A stretch of DNA of 64,000 nucleotides from Utricularia gibba (Eukaryota > Plantae > Magnoliophyta), in assembly GCA_002189035.1 (NCBI GenBank), contig NEEC01000021.1, positions 868,001 through 932,000 of the forward strand, written 5' to 3'. The notes beneath the pieces were generated by a model that worked only from the letters and a program-made list of their open reading frames with translations, did not search any database and was not told where the DNA came from. A program made the position numbers and the translations under genes. Below are positions 49,991-63,634 of this stretch, one piece after another. The number at the start of each line of letters is the position of its first letter. Within the stretch, counting starts at the first letter, position 1.

Positions 49991-52900
49991 TTAATGCCTT
50001 ACAAATTGCCTGATGTCGCCTTGAGCTTTCCTTCCGTAAGGGTTGCTCTCACTGAAGTCGCCGGTTCTGGGCCTCTTCTTCCTGAACTTGGATGCATTGC
50101 TGTCTATGTTTATGTTTACTTTCGGGGGGATGCGAAGCAGAAAGAAGCAGCTACAGCCTGATGGAAAGGAAGGAATGAATCATCATTCAACTGAATATTA
50201 ATCAAGTAAAGGCGCAGTCTTTTCCAAATGCATTAAAACCCACGAGTGTTACAGCAAGGAACACGGAAACTCAACCAACTGCAAAGACGATGAAAGTTGG
50301 AAATGTGCAAATGGGTTGTGCAGAAGAACCCCAACTGATTGCCAGTAAAAAATTGCAGAAAAATACACGTAGAATGACGCAAAGCCACCTACAATTCCAG
50401 CTTAATGACAACATGCATTTAGGGATGCATGCTAGACATATGAGTGTGGGTGTACCTGGAGATCAAGCCGGTGAACATTAAATATTTCCTTCATGGAGTG
50501 GGAATTGTATGCCAGAATATAGGATCTGTATGCATCTTTAGCTGACTTATTCAAATTATAGTTGTTGGAGACCAGCTTTACCTGCGCATAGAACAGAAGT
50601 AAAGCCCTCCATAGAGGATAGCTGTTGTTAACATTACAGCATTGATGACCATAGGAAACCTACCAATTGACTTTGGACATTTGCTAGTTTCTTCTTATCG
50701 AATTCGTACTCTTTGATTGGCACTTTTGCATCCTGTACATCGCAGCAAATACACATTTTCAGAAGAATCCCATCATCAGAGGCAGTAACATGTAACATGT
50801 TGATTTTTCAAGTAATGCTAACATGAACAGCTGGACATTCGATGAAAAGTTTAGCAAGAAATACAACTTCAATGGATTTTCATATTCATTGGCAGCAAAT
50901 GACAACATCCATGAAAATTACACAAATTCGAGGTAGACTATTTAGCATCTTGCCCTATCAATTTAGTGGGTTAGTGGCAGGATAATTGCTGGAAGCAAAA
51001 TAGGAGAGTCATATTTTTAACATTTCCTACTTTGTGTACATTAATACATCAGCGAAGTTAAAAAAATATTGAAATCTAACAAAACGCAAACCTTAAGGTA
51101 TTTTAGAAACTGTAACTCTTCTGGTATCAAGAAAAGCAACGCATTCCCTTTTGCACCTTCACCACGAGCAGTTCGGCCAACTCTGTGAATATATTCCTGA
51201 GCGCACAAAAAACAATTTAGTTCATGCAAGATTGGGGAAGGCAGAGGACAGCATCCCCTGCTAAATCACCTTCGGCTCATCTGGGGGATCATACTGCACG
51301 ATCCAGTCCTGAAAATTGTTAACAACAGCAATCAGTATAACTCTGAAAGTGAAAACCCAATGCTCTTCAACTGTAAACTACAGGTGAATTACTTGAGCTT
51401 ATGCTTTGTTCTATACTCTCACTAGTTATCAAATGAGAAATTAACGGTGTCAAACAAATTATAGTATACCACAGCAGGAATGTCAAGACCACGTGCTGCA
51501 ACATCTGTACAAAGTAAAATTCCCTTCTCTGCACTGCAGAAACGAGTGAAGGTAGATGTTCGGTTTTCTTGCTTTTTCTTCCCATGTATATCCAGACAAT
51601 CAATCTCAATGTGCCGAAGAAGTTCATAATGGAATTTGACAGAATTGCACGATGAGAAGAAAACCATCACTTTCTTGGAAAGGTTCCTCTTCAAAAATGA
51701 ATAAAGAAGAATAAATCTCATAGCACTTGGCACAATACAATAGCCTTGTTGCAGTCCTTCATTTGTGGCCTACATTGCCAGTGAATGATAAACTCAGTAA
51801 TGAAAGTGAAGTGCCAAATATTCACATAACAGTACGAGTGAAAGAACAATATGACAAGATCGATTACCCTTTTCCTTCCATCATCTACGTCAACAAAGAC
51901 AGGAACCTTTTGGCATGATAATTTAGCAAGATCTTCAACCTGAACGTAAAGAGTATTTGAAATTATATACAATTTTGAGCATGCAAATATCAACATAATG
52001 CAAGAATACTAGCACACGAGATTTTCAATTTGGAGAACTATATTCTCAGGTTTGTGTGCATGCAGAATGCTCAATTATCCCCTTCATACATCTAACCAAC
52101 ACCAGACTCCATAATGTCCCTTTCAAGCAGCAATGCCCATACCTTCTTAGTCTGTGTAGCAGAGAAAAGAACTGTTTGCCTCTCCTGCATGATAGTTTGC
52201 CAATCAGAATATTTACATGCAGGTTTTATAAACCTTATAAATGAATAGGAATGCGAGTACTTAAATAAGAAGCGGCTTCTTGTTACACCTGTATTTTACC
52301 TTCGGCAAAATTTTAATGATCTGCTTCATTTCCTCTTCAAAGTTGGCTTCTAAAATCCTATCAGCTTCATCAATCACTAAGCACTGCAATGAAAGAATCG
52401 GGTTGGTTAGGGTCATCGGGCAACCAAACCATGGATTCAGAAATGAAGGAAAATGAATAGGATTCAGCATTGGGGAAATACTACGGTGTGGCGTGATCCT
52501 GGTTGTAGATTATAAATTTATGATATCATATCAATCAAAAGTAATCAATGAAAGTGTGAAAAACTACAGAATGGAGGAAAACGAACAGAACGCAAGTAAC
52601 ATTCAAAATATTAATAACATTTAACATATTGATAGAGTCAAAAGGAAAACAATATGACAAATAACATTAACATGACTAACTGAAGACTTTGGTGCATGTT
52701 TTTTTCCAGTTCATAAGTTTTATCTAGAAATTATTAATACAGAGACACTAAGCATGAAACCAGGCAACGTCTAGATACTTTCCTTGCCTTGAAGTTGTAA
52801 GGCGGTAAAAATGAGAAGGAAAAATTTTCAATTACCCAAATCCGGATTGAATCAATGAGGACACAAAGACAAAAAAAAGAACTGAGGAGTTTATGACAAA

Positions 52901-54241
52901 CATCTGCATTTAACTACGTAGGGCATGAAAATGGCTTAGTTAAATACCTTCAAGTTTTTATATATAAAACCCTTCGTATTCTGGAGATGGTCCAGAAGAC
53001 GGCCTGGTGTGGAGACTAATATATTTGCTCCTTTTGCAATACGCTCAGCTTCTCCTCTTCGTGAAGAACCACCAATCGCCAGTCCCACTGTCTGTGTGTG
53101 ATACTTCAGAAGCTCCTTTGCTACACCATGAGTCTGTAAAATATTCAAAAAGACGAAGCAACAACAGAAAAAGGTCAATGCTGAAATTTGGCCTACTGCT
53201 TTACAGAAGATGTATATCCTAAATATCCATGCAATTCACATACATGCAGGCTCACCGCCTTATACCCTACAGTATAATGCAAAATAAAAGGAATAAACAA
53301 ATGCAAACACAATTGTTCACTGAAGGGACAGAAGGACACCAGAAAAACAACCAATCTGACAGCAATGCGATGCCATCTATTTTAAAAAATGTCAATGGCC
53401 AATGCCCGAACACCATTGGAACACTAGCATTGTAGAAGTCAAATACACTTTTCACCATTGCCCATAAATCATTGGACAACCATATATAAACTATCACAGC
53501 TTATTAATTAGAAATTACCTGTATTGCTAACTCCCTTGTTGGACAAATGACAATGACACCAGTACCATTCCGGGGAGCAAAAGAAAGCGCACGTAGCAAT
53601 TCAACAGATGGAATCAAAAAAGCTAGGGTCTTTCCTGAACCAGTCCTTGCGGCTCCAAGGAAGTCCTTACCCTCCAAAATAGGTGGAATTCCTCTAGCTT
53701 GAATCTTCATCATTAGAGAAAAAAAAAAAAACTTCAACTTCAGAAATTACAAAACTGTTATGTCCATGAAAATACAAGGTGGAGAATGAAAATTCTCCAA
53801 TCCTCGACAAGAAATATGTTCAAACAGTAAAGGAACAATATGCACACACGACATGAAAATAAAATAACAAAAAGAGTTTTTTTTTTTCCCAAACCTGAGT
53901 CATATACTCAAACCCCATATCCTTGATGGCATTCTTCGTTTTCTCCGACCAGGGCTGCGCAGCAAAAGATTCATCACTCATAATCCCGGATCCAGAACCC
54001 TTGCTTCCTCTCTGAGACTGGCGTTTATCAGAATCATGTTTTACAAGTTCTGTCCCTTCCCTATTCACAGCCTCAGTTTCCTCCGCACTTATTCCTCCCT
54101 CCTCGTTCTCGTTCTCTTCTTCATAATCATTAACTACTGCCCACTCGGCTCCGGAATTGTATCCACAACACTGCTATCACTCTTGCTTTTGCGCTTCCTC
54201 TTGGCAGAGGATTTCTTCGCCTTAATCTCGCTGGAACCCAT
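49991..54241 (-). CDS. DEAD-box ATP-dependent RNA helicase, HAS1/DDX18-like (RH51/RH27 type); apparent 1-bp frameshift at 54140-54142
   Basis: [74 protein letters not shown]; ends GDIRQFVRH* (TAA 49991-49993). An upstream in-frame ATG could extend the start. Confidence 0.93.
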
Positions 54242-57200
54242 TGGACGATTATCTCCTCCGGCAGCAAGGTTGGAGGCCGTGATGACTGCAAAAGAGTTGA
54301 CGACGGTACTCATTGAACTAGGGGTAACAGCAGGCAGGCCTGGATAACCGTCGGTCAGACCCAATCTAATCCTTCTTCGGCCCATATACCCTTAGTATCG
54401 GCCCATCAACAAAGATGACAGGCCCGTTATTTTAGAGAAAAAGAAAATATTTTTTTAATGACAAAAAAATTGATCTTTGTGAATAAAAATAAAAGCTACC
54501 TAATTTAAATTATGATTTGGGGGTGGTGCGGAAGGCGTTTTAGAATCCGGGTCAAATGTGGGTCAGATTTGATTCAATCCAAACTCATAATTTTTTGAAT
54601 TCGATTCAATCATTTTTAAAAATTAAAACACTTAAAATTTAAAAATATCAACATTTACCAATTATTTTATTTTTATAATAAATTTAGTTCAATTTAATTC
54701 AATAAAAATAATTCAATCTAAAATCATAAATAAACCGAACAATAAGTTGAACTCAATCTTGAAATGTTGTGTATAGACAAACTATTATAAATGAAGAAGA
54801 GAATAAGATTAAGTAGAATACTCACGTAAATTTTAAATAAATTCTTTTCTCCAAAAATGAATAACGTAAAACTATAAAGTTTGAGTATTTAAAATCAATA
54901 ATATTGTACAATTAGCGACATTTGCTCTTTATACGAAATTGAATGCATGGATACATGAATCTAAATATATCAATACCTTGGCATAGTCTCGCCTATTATT
55001 TATTAAAATTAAAAATTAATAACATAATAAAAATATATTAAAAATAAGAATATGTGCATGCCGAATGCATGGCGTAGGGAATTCCTAGTGCATACGTGTT
55101 ATATATACAATGTAGAGATAATGGGAACAAAATGTCGTATTCCGGGTTTTAAATCATCTAAATTTTTAATGGATTTTCGGATTTTTTTTCAATTTAAAAT
55201 TGAACTTTAATTATGAGTTATCAGAAAAATAAAATTAAAACCCCAAGTCGTTTTCGTAAGTTGATGATTAAAAGTGTGTTGTGTGAGAGACACGCCTTAC
55301 CAGCGAGACGGTGGGCCCCATCCAAAGTCTGTCCATTCGGGATCTCCCCATCACTTGCTTCTGGATGGTGGGACCCTTCAGCTTCTTTATTTTTCCATTT
55401 CAATTCTATTTTTAATTAGTTATTGATGTGAATGGAATAAAATGAGTTTAATTTAAATAAATATAATGTAGAGTGATTAGTATTTAAATAATATTTAATT
55501 AAAATTATTAAAATTTAATTTTAGTGTAATTAAAATACGAAAAAACTATATTTTTAAATAAAGTCATATATATAAGATTAAAAAAACTCAAGTAATCATA
55601 AATTTATTTAAACTCTCAAATCAAACACTCTATAATTTATAATTTTAACTTTAAACCCACTCCATTCCGGATGAATTAAAAATCTAGTCATGAATCAGAT
55701 ATTATATGAGAAAAATAATCAATTTTCTTAATATGAATTTTTTAATTTATTATTTAAGATAAAATGTACAGATTGATCATTTTTTTTCTAAATTTACTTC
55801 AATTTCTAAATCTCAATTCAATCAACCTAAATTTGCTTAATGTCGGAATATCGAACACTGGTTACTACAAGTAATCATAAACTAGAAATTAATCATGTGA
55901 GCGTTACCGAGTATCAAATATATTGAATTTGGATCCCTAATTGATCAAAATTGCCCTAGGGCTGTGTTTGGTAATAAGGATAACATGAGATATACTAACA
56001 TTCCGAATAATAATAATATGTTTGGTAATCAAAAGTAAATTTTATCGAAATACTTTTTTACTTTCTATAACGCATAAAACTGTTTTCATCAATATTCCTC
56101 ATTATTTTTATATCTTCACTAGGAGAAACTTATACCGGAATAATTTATAACGATATAGCTAACAAACACGGGATAAATGTATACTTGTTTTTCTTTCTTT
56201 TTTTTGTTGGAAAAACAAATTCTGGCTGTGGCAAGGCGACAGCAAAATAGCATCGTGTACAAATATCTCGATAGACGTCAAAATCCACGGCCCCACTTAA
56301 GGATATGACGTGTCATATTTTTAATTAATAATATTTTTTTGAAATTTGATTTGGGAAATAATATCCAATGGGCCTGTGAAGCCACCGAAGTGGGTATCCC
56401 TGAGCCTCTCCAAGATATTTTATACGGACAGAAGATGATTATTCTTATAACATGAACATTTACTGCTGTCGGCCTACTCGCCTCCGACCAACGGCCACAA
56501 GGATGCTCGTGCACTAACACTTGATCTTTTTGGATATTTTGTGTGTGTCGTGATATTTTTTAGGCTTCCCCTGAAGATGGGCTCTTCCAAAGCTGCAGAG
56601 TTCATTTCAATCTCCCTCTGGCAGGGCGTCACTGCAGCAAATCCAAGGGCATTTTCGGCATTAATAATTTCATAAAATGATTCTATTTAATTTTTAAATA
56701 TACTAATATTTTAATCCTTTTATAGTAAAAGATTTAATTCCACTACTCAAATTTTTCGTATCACGGGTATCGAACGATAGTTGAGATCCTGCAGAGTAAC
56801 TTCGAGAATTATTTAAATAATTCTCATAGTATAATTTTAATATTTTAAAATTTTTCTTCTTTTTGATCGGTTTTTTTATTTATTCATTTTTAAAATCGAT
56901 TTTAAATTTAGTTAAATCCAAATCAATTCAATCCTTTTCCACTCCTATTCCTATTTTACCCTTGTCATCATTTCTGATGTCAAAAAGCTTTCCAACCTGT
57001 AACATGTTTCGAAACATGAAGTATAAAATAAATAATACTTTATTTAAATTATCTGTGTTTCAATAAATACGTATAATATGATTTAGATTAAGGTTTTGTT
57101 TGATAGATGAATTTTACTGTTTTGCTTGGATAGTTTCAAAACTCACATCAAACATGAGTTTTGAAATATTCAACTTTCAGTGTATCACTTGTTTTATAAA

Positions 57201-58056
57201 ATATTTGTATATCATTATACTGATCTACTATACATACATTATTATTATTACCCGTTGTTTAAATTCAAATACATCCTTTGAATTTAATAAAAAAAATATT
57301 TTTATTTATTATAATTTATGGTGTTATGTAATGATCATTTTATTAATAATTCTAAATATCGAATAATTTATAATTAACGTTTCGTCGATTCTTCCTCGTC
57401 GTTTTCGGGTCATGATCTCACACCTTAGCGACAAGGCAAACACAAACAAGAATCCTAATCAACTTAGACTTCTCTACAGAAGACTGCACCAAACCCCACC
57501 AAATCATCCCTTAACATAAGCTTAAGCTTTCATTATTGGTTAATATGCTCTATTTTGTTTTTAAAAAAAAATAAAAGAAAGCACTCCTATTTTAATATTT
57601 AAATGAATTTTCAAATATTTGCATGATTAGAGTGGTGAGTGGTGCGGTGGCGAGGGGCGGGGGCCCCATGAATTTGGAACCACGGTAGCCGGCACACCAC
57701 CACGCGGTTTTATTTCTTTGGGGGAAACCAAAGCATGAGCCTTGGGTGGTGCCGCCCGACACTCAAATAGTAAGTTTTGTTCCTTTTTTTTCATAGAAAA
57801 AAGAAAAAAAAGAAAAAGAAAAAGAAAATCTCCAATTTTGATTTTTATTAATACAGGGATAGAATTTGGGAATTATTTTTTATTAGAATATTTTAATTAC
57901 TATAAAAATGACATTTAATATCCTGGGTAAATAATATTTTTTTGTAATTTTATTTTACTTTTTTTTATTCTTGATGACATGGGTGAGTAGCCCACCCACC
58001 GTCCACCACTGACGATATAAATAGAGCGACCACAAGGACGCCATACCGAAGAGGCA

Positions 58057-59513
58057 ATGGGTTACAGTCTCCTCGTCCTGGTGCTGTTTCTCCTCAACTC
58101 CATTCCTTCCATGCCGCCGTCCTCCTCTCTCTCTCCCACACCATCTCCGCCGCGCAATTCAACGCTACCCACCATCTCCTGAAGTCAACCGCCGCCCGCT
58201 CTGCGGCCCGCTTCCAACGCTATACCCGCCGTGTTTCTCTCCCACTTTCCCCTGGAACGGACTACACGCTCTCCTTCTCGCTTGGATCACAAACCATTTC
58301 GCTGTATATGGACACCGGGAGCGATGTCGTTTGGATACCATGCCACCCTTTCCGATGTATCCTCTGCGACGGCAAGTACTCTCCGGCGACGGTTTCCCAC
58401 CCGGGCCCTCTGAACCTCACGCAGAGCAGTGTCTCCCGTACACCCTGCAAATCGGCTGCCTGTTCAGCTGTTCATTCATCTCTCCCGTCCTCTGATCTCT
58501 GCGCGATCGCTGAATGCCCCATCGACGCTATTGAAATGGGCGAATGTGATAAATTCTCTTGCCCGTCTTTCTACTACGCCTACGGCGACGGAAGCTTGAT
58601 CGGGAAGCTGTACCAGGATACTCTCAACATTCCCATGTCGGCGCCGGGGTTGAAACTACATAATTTCACCTTTGGGTGTGCGCATAGCGCGCTTGGAGAG
58701 CCCATTGGCGTGGCCGGTTTCGGCCGCGGAGTACTCTCCTTGCCGGCGCAGGTAGCCGAAATGTCGCCGGATATTGGTAATTACTTCTCGTACTGCTTGA
58801 TTTCTCATGCGTTTGACGAAGCTCGAGTGCGGCAGCCGAGTCCGCTGATTCTTGGCCGGAATCGGGGAAATCAGAATGACGAATATAGAGTTAACAAGGA
58901 GGAGGGGGAGGTTGTGCTTTACACCTACACGCCGTTGTTGGAAAATCCCAAGCATTCGTACTTCTATTGCGTGGGGCTAGAAGCGATGTCGGTCGGAAAT
59001 CGGCGAATTCCCGCTCCGGTGAGTTTACAGAGGGTTGATCCGAGAGGTAACGGCGGGATGGTGGTGGATTCAGGGACAACCTTTACAATGCTTCCGACGA
59101 AATTCTACCAATCGGTACTCTCAGAATTCAACCGCCAAATCGGCACCGCTTACAATCGGGCAACCGCCGTGGAGGAGCGAACTGGGCTGCACCCATGTTT
59201 CTACGCCCAATCAGATGAGAAAGACAAACCCTGGCGCAGATTACCGACATTGGCGCTACATTTCGGAGGAAATTCCACGGTGGTGATGCCCGAAGAAACT
59301 ACTTCCACGATTTCATCGACACCGATGTCCACCGGAGGGTGGGGTGCGTCATGCTGATGGACGGCGGCGCCGCGGGGATGTGGAGGAAGAGGGCCGGCAG
59401 GACTGTTTGGGAATTACCAGCAGCAGGGGTTTGAAGTAGTTTATGACTTGGAACAAAAGCGAGTGGGGTTCGCGCGCCGGAAATGCGCGTCGTTGTGGAA
59501 GACACTCAGCTAG
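58057..59513 (+). CDS. Aspartyl protease (At4g16563-like), intronless; frameshifts near 58100, 59290 and 59374-59393 as assembled
   Basis: Signal peptide [13 protein letters not shown]; QFNATHHLLKST; catalytic MDTGSD and VVDSGTTFT; C-terminus GNYQQQGFEVVYDLEQKRVGFARRKCASLW. The pieces lie in different frames. Confidence 0.88.
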
Positions 59514-61526
59514 GTGGCGGGATGGATGACGTCGATAGTTCAACGGGCTGGCCAGATTACTCGGGTCGGGTATCCCTTTTTGCACAAAAATAAACAGTAC
59601 TTTAAAATGGCAACCCAAATCTGTACATTTAAACATATTTAAATTATAGTATTTAATTTTTAACATTACACATGAAAATTTTAATTTTAATTTTCAAATA
59701 CAACGAATTAATATTAATATTCTAAATCCAGAAAAAACATTGGGTTTAAAAATCAAAATTTCTACTAAAGAAAGGTTTTTTGTATTTCATTCCTTCTAAA
59801 ATAATTTTGATAATTCATTCTAATAAAATAACAGCAGTAGGTCTATACTTTTTTTAAAAAAATAAAATAATCTAAAATTGTATCCGGATAAAATATAAAT
59901 TATTCGTATTTAATAATAAACTATTTTATATTTGGGAATAAATGAATAATTTATTTACAAACTTAGTTGGCATAATGATGGATTGAGATGGGAGTTGAAG
60001 AGGGAGGTCCATCCCCTCGGTCCTAGTCTACGTTACTCTGCCATCTGCCCATTAACGATCTTGGCTACAATCCAGCTGGCACCAAGCACCTTTTTATTAA
60101 TTTTTAAAGAAATAAATGTGGATAATAGTGTCTATTTTTAAATAATAAATTAAAATATATTTATATTATTTAAACACAATATGTAATTGATTTTAGTGTT
60201 TTAAAACTGTGGTTCATCGATCCTTATTGATGGAAAAGGAAAAATAATTTTATGATAATGTAAACAGTAGATATTTATTTTACAAATTAGTTGAGAGCAC
60301 AATTTTATTTTATAGTAAGATATAATATACTTAATTTTTAAGTAAAATTAATATTGGCCTATTGGGCATACCGTGCGAGTGCGGTGCATACGTGGACACG
60401 TGTTCCAAGGAGGAGTCCTGGAATTCGGCCCAGAAAAGCGTGTAAGTGCCAGCTGTTTTCCACACGTGTGATTTTCGCGAATAAGACTGAGGGCAAAACA
60501 AAAGAACGGTCCAATTTGGATACTATTCTCTAAATAGATTATTTTTGAATATTATATATATTGAAAATAATGGATCCCAACTTATTACACAAGGGATACA
60601 AAAAACATAAAGGGTTCGATTCATGACAGTCGAAATTTTGAAACCTTGGGTCGATGCATGTCACACTTTGAATTGCTTGAAATCAAAAATATTATGAACA
60701 ATTCAGACGAAGATATACATATGAAAAATTATTGATGTTTTAAAGTGGTATAAGTGGATTATTAATTTATTGAATGTTTTGAAAAATTAAATAATAAAAG
60801 AATTCATTGGTAAAAAAAATAATGGGCCGCATTTACCTCTCAAAAGGCCCACATTCCTCATCTAAAACTAGCTGATTTATCTTTTTATTGGGCCGGCTCA
60901 CTCGTTTGAGCCTGTTTTCAAAATTTAGAAGTCCAGCCTTCCCGCGTTCTTCACGGCTATATAATCAGCGTTTCTGTGCCCTTTTCATCATTCTGTAGAT
61001 TGTAGGATAGGGGTTTAGGGATTGTCGAGATGTAGAATTTTCAGATAGGATCAGGTATCATTTCCGTTCCTATTCTTTTCGATTTTCGTTTGTTTCCGCT
61101 ATCGCATGCCGTGCTTTGTTCGTCGTATTGCTTGGATTGAATACCATTTTGCCAATATTCGTTGGATCTCAAGGGGTTCTGTTTTTTTTAGTGCATCGTC
61201 ATCTCTTGATTTCATATTGTCTATATTCGTTGTTGATCTGAAGGGTACTGGCCTTTTACTCTTTATGCTGCATTTTATTCGTTCTTGGCGATTCTTGCGT
61301 TGATTTCCGGTATCAGGGATTCAATGGCTTCTAAGTTTGCGTTTGTGTGTCGGGCTGGGGTCTTGAGATCCTATTCATGCAATTTAGAACGAACGTAATC
61401 TGTGTTTCTTTTTTCTGTCGATCTTATCGTTGAATCGTGCCCGGTATAACTGTCGATTTATCTTGGTTTTCTTTCTTCTGCAGGAAAGCCGCCATGGCCG
61501 TCGCGGCAATCACTCTCCTCCATTCA

Positions 61527-61770
61527 TCCAAAAAAAAAGAGGCCAACAAAAGAAATGAAAAAGAGGCCAAAAAAAAGAAAAAAGAAAAAAGAGGCCCATG
61601 AAAAAAGAAAAAAAAAAAGAGGCCAAAAAAAAGGAAATAAAGAGGCCAGAAAACGAAAAAAAAGAGGCCCAAAAAAGAAGAAATAGGCCCATAAAAAAGA
61701 GAAAAAGAGGCTCATAAAAAAGAAAAAAGAGGCCGAAAGAAAAGAAAAAAAAAGAGGCCCAGAAAAAAAG
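61527..61770 (+). repeat. A-rich minisatellite, about 10 units of A(n)GAGGCC (about 22-28 bp)
   Basis: GAGGCC/TAGGCC/GAGGCT cores are separated by A-runs with occasional G. Confidence 0.9.
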
Positions 61771-62729
61771 AATGCCAGTCTTCCCCGCAACCACTCCATC
61801 CCCATGAAATCGCGTTCGCGATTCATTGCCACATTCCATTCCATTCCATCGCTATTGAAAAGAAAAAGAAAAAATTGCCCAAAAAGATGGGGATCATTCT
61901 GCAGCACATCACTTTGTGAGTCTGCAAGGCTTGGCATCCATCCTCTATCATCCCCTATCCCGACCCTGGTGGCCTTCATTTTAGGTAATGTATTATGTAA
62001 GTTATTATTTCGTAGAACTGTCTAGGAAGCTGCGTGATCATTTTGTTTAGTGTTGATTAAGTTATTATTAGTTGGGGTTTGTCTTAGATTAGGTACACAG
62101 TTTTAACTCCGCCAGTGCAACCTTGCACTGCCAGTCCCAAGCCTGGACGAAGGAGGAGGGAAGACTGGGTTATTAGGAAGTCGAATTTCTTGTCTTGGCG
62201 TTTGCATTTGCTTTCATGTTCTGAGACTTTTATTTCTTGGTGTTGATGCTTCCAAGTTTTGTGTCCATGCTTGTTCTCTGGATGAGAATCTTGCAACTCT
62301 ACTGCTTATCATCCATTGATGGTTACCCATATCGGTAAACTTGGTTGTCTTCATTCCCTAAGCACCCATGTGTCTGTACCATTGACCCCTACCAACAAAC
62401 AGGAATCACAGTCTCGGCTGGCCACGGCGGTGAGGAACTGTCAGTGCGTCCCAGCGCCGGCAGCCGAAGTTGCTGCTAGTGCAGGAAGCGCGTCAGGTGG
62501 TGGGAGGAATAGCGCCTGCGGCTGAGCATAAAAGCTGAAACGTGTTGTGCCTTCTGCATGTTTTTATTACATAAAGCAATTTATTCAATTTGAGTTTAAT
62601 TAGGCTATCCAACCTCATTTGGGCTTGCAGTGACGCTTGCATCTGTGATTTTAATAGGAGTTTAGGCTATGCATTTGCTTTCATATTCTCTCTTGTTTGT
62701 TATGAGGTTGGGTCGTGCCTCCATACTTG

Positions 62730-62985
62730 CCTGAGCTTCTATCTGGGGTGCCGCTCCAAACATTTCGCGAGCCGGATCACGTGTTAGGCTGGGCCGTGCC
62801 CCTAGTGGGCAGGGCTTCTCTCTGGGTGGGGTCGCACCAAACATTGGGCTTGTCCGCATGAAATGTGAGCTGGGCCCTACACCTTACTGGTCTGAGCTTC
62901 TATCTGGGTGGGGCCGCATCAAATGTGAGCCGGGCCGTACCCCTATAGTGGGCTGGGTTTCTATCTGGGTGGGGCCGCATTATGC
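62730..62985. repeat. Degenerate GC-rich tandem repeat (CTTCTATCTGGGTGGGCCGC-like units)
   Basis: Four related units at about 62733, 62815, 62893 and 62955, interleaved with GGGCCGT(G/A)CCCCTA motifs. Confidence 0.75.
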
Positions 62986-63000
62986 CTAACATTATAATTA

Positions 63001-63307
63001 TGTTCTAGAAAATTTTTAGAACTTATTTTTATTTTTGAAAAAAGTAAAAAGTAAAAATAATTTATAAAAAATAAAAGTAAAAATGGATGTTCTAGAAAAG
63101 TATAAAATTTTTTATGGATTTATGTTGAAAAATAACAATAGAATACGAAAGTAGCTTATTTCTATTTTTTGAAAAACTATTTTTAAAGTGTAATACCAAA
63201 AATATTATTAGTAAAAGTAGAAATAAAAATAAGTGGTATTCTGGATTAAAATTATTTTTACTTTTTTAAAAATAAAAATAGGTTGTAAAAATTTTCTAGA
63301 ACACACC
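63001..63307. mobile_element. Tourist/PIF-Harbinger-like MITE
   Basis: TIRs TGTTCTAGAAAATTTT ... AAAATTTTCTAGAACACACC, with TTA on both flanks (62998-63000, 63308-63310). The left end lacks 4 terminal nt. Confidence 0.7.
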
Positions 63308-63634
63308 TTATGTTATTTTAGAAAAATGAAAAGGAATAAAAGCATTTATTTTAAATTCATATAATTGCTATTTTAAAAAAATGGCATTTTTACATTTTAG
63401 TAAATAAGCATTCCGCATAATTATTACTTTTTTTTTGTTTTACTAGTGATTGATGAATAATAAAATATGTCCATTTTTGTTGGCAGGAACGAAGAGTCAC
63501 CTGTTTCAACGGACATCCATTGAATTGAACATCCATGTTTTTCCGTGGAGTCAATGGTATGTGATTCTTCCTCCCAATTCTCTTCTCCATGGCGCTGAGT
63601 TCATCTCCTGAAACCTCCTCATAGCATCGGAAAA

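Noticed and set aside
55959-56175. Tourist-like MITE (GGGCTGTGTTTGG...CAAACACGGG)
   Set aside because: Probably a decayed MITE, but the TIRs match poorly and the flanks (TAG vs TAA) give no clean TSD, so boundaries are unsupported.
60605-60665. GGTTCGATTC as a tRNA or SINE B-box
   Set aside because: No cloverleaf, A-box or flanking TSD could be built.
61424-61979. Phe-rich minus-strand ORFs
   Set aside because: They are the reverse-complement translation of the A-rich minisatellite (poly-T gives Phe), a low-complexity artefact.
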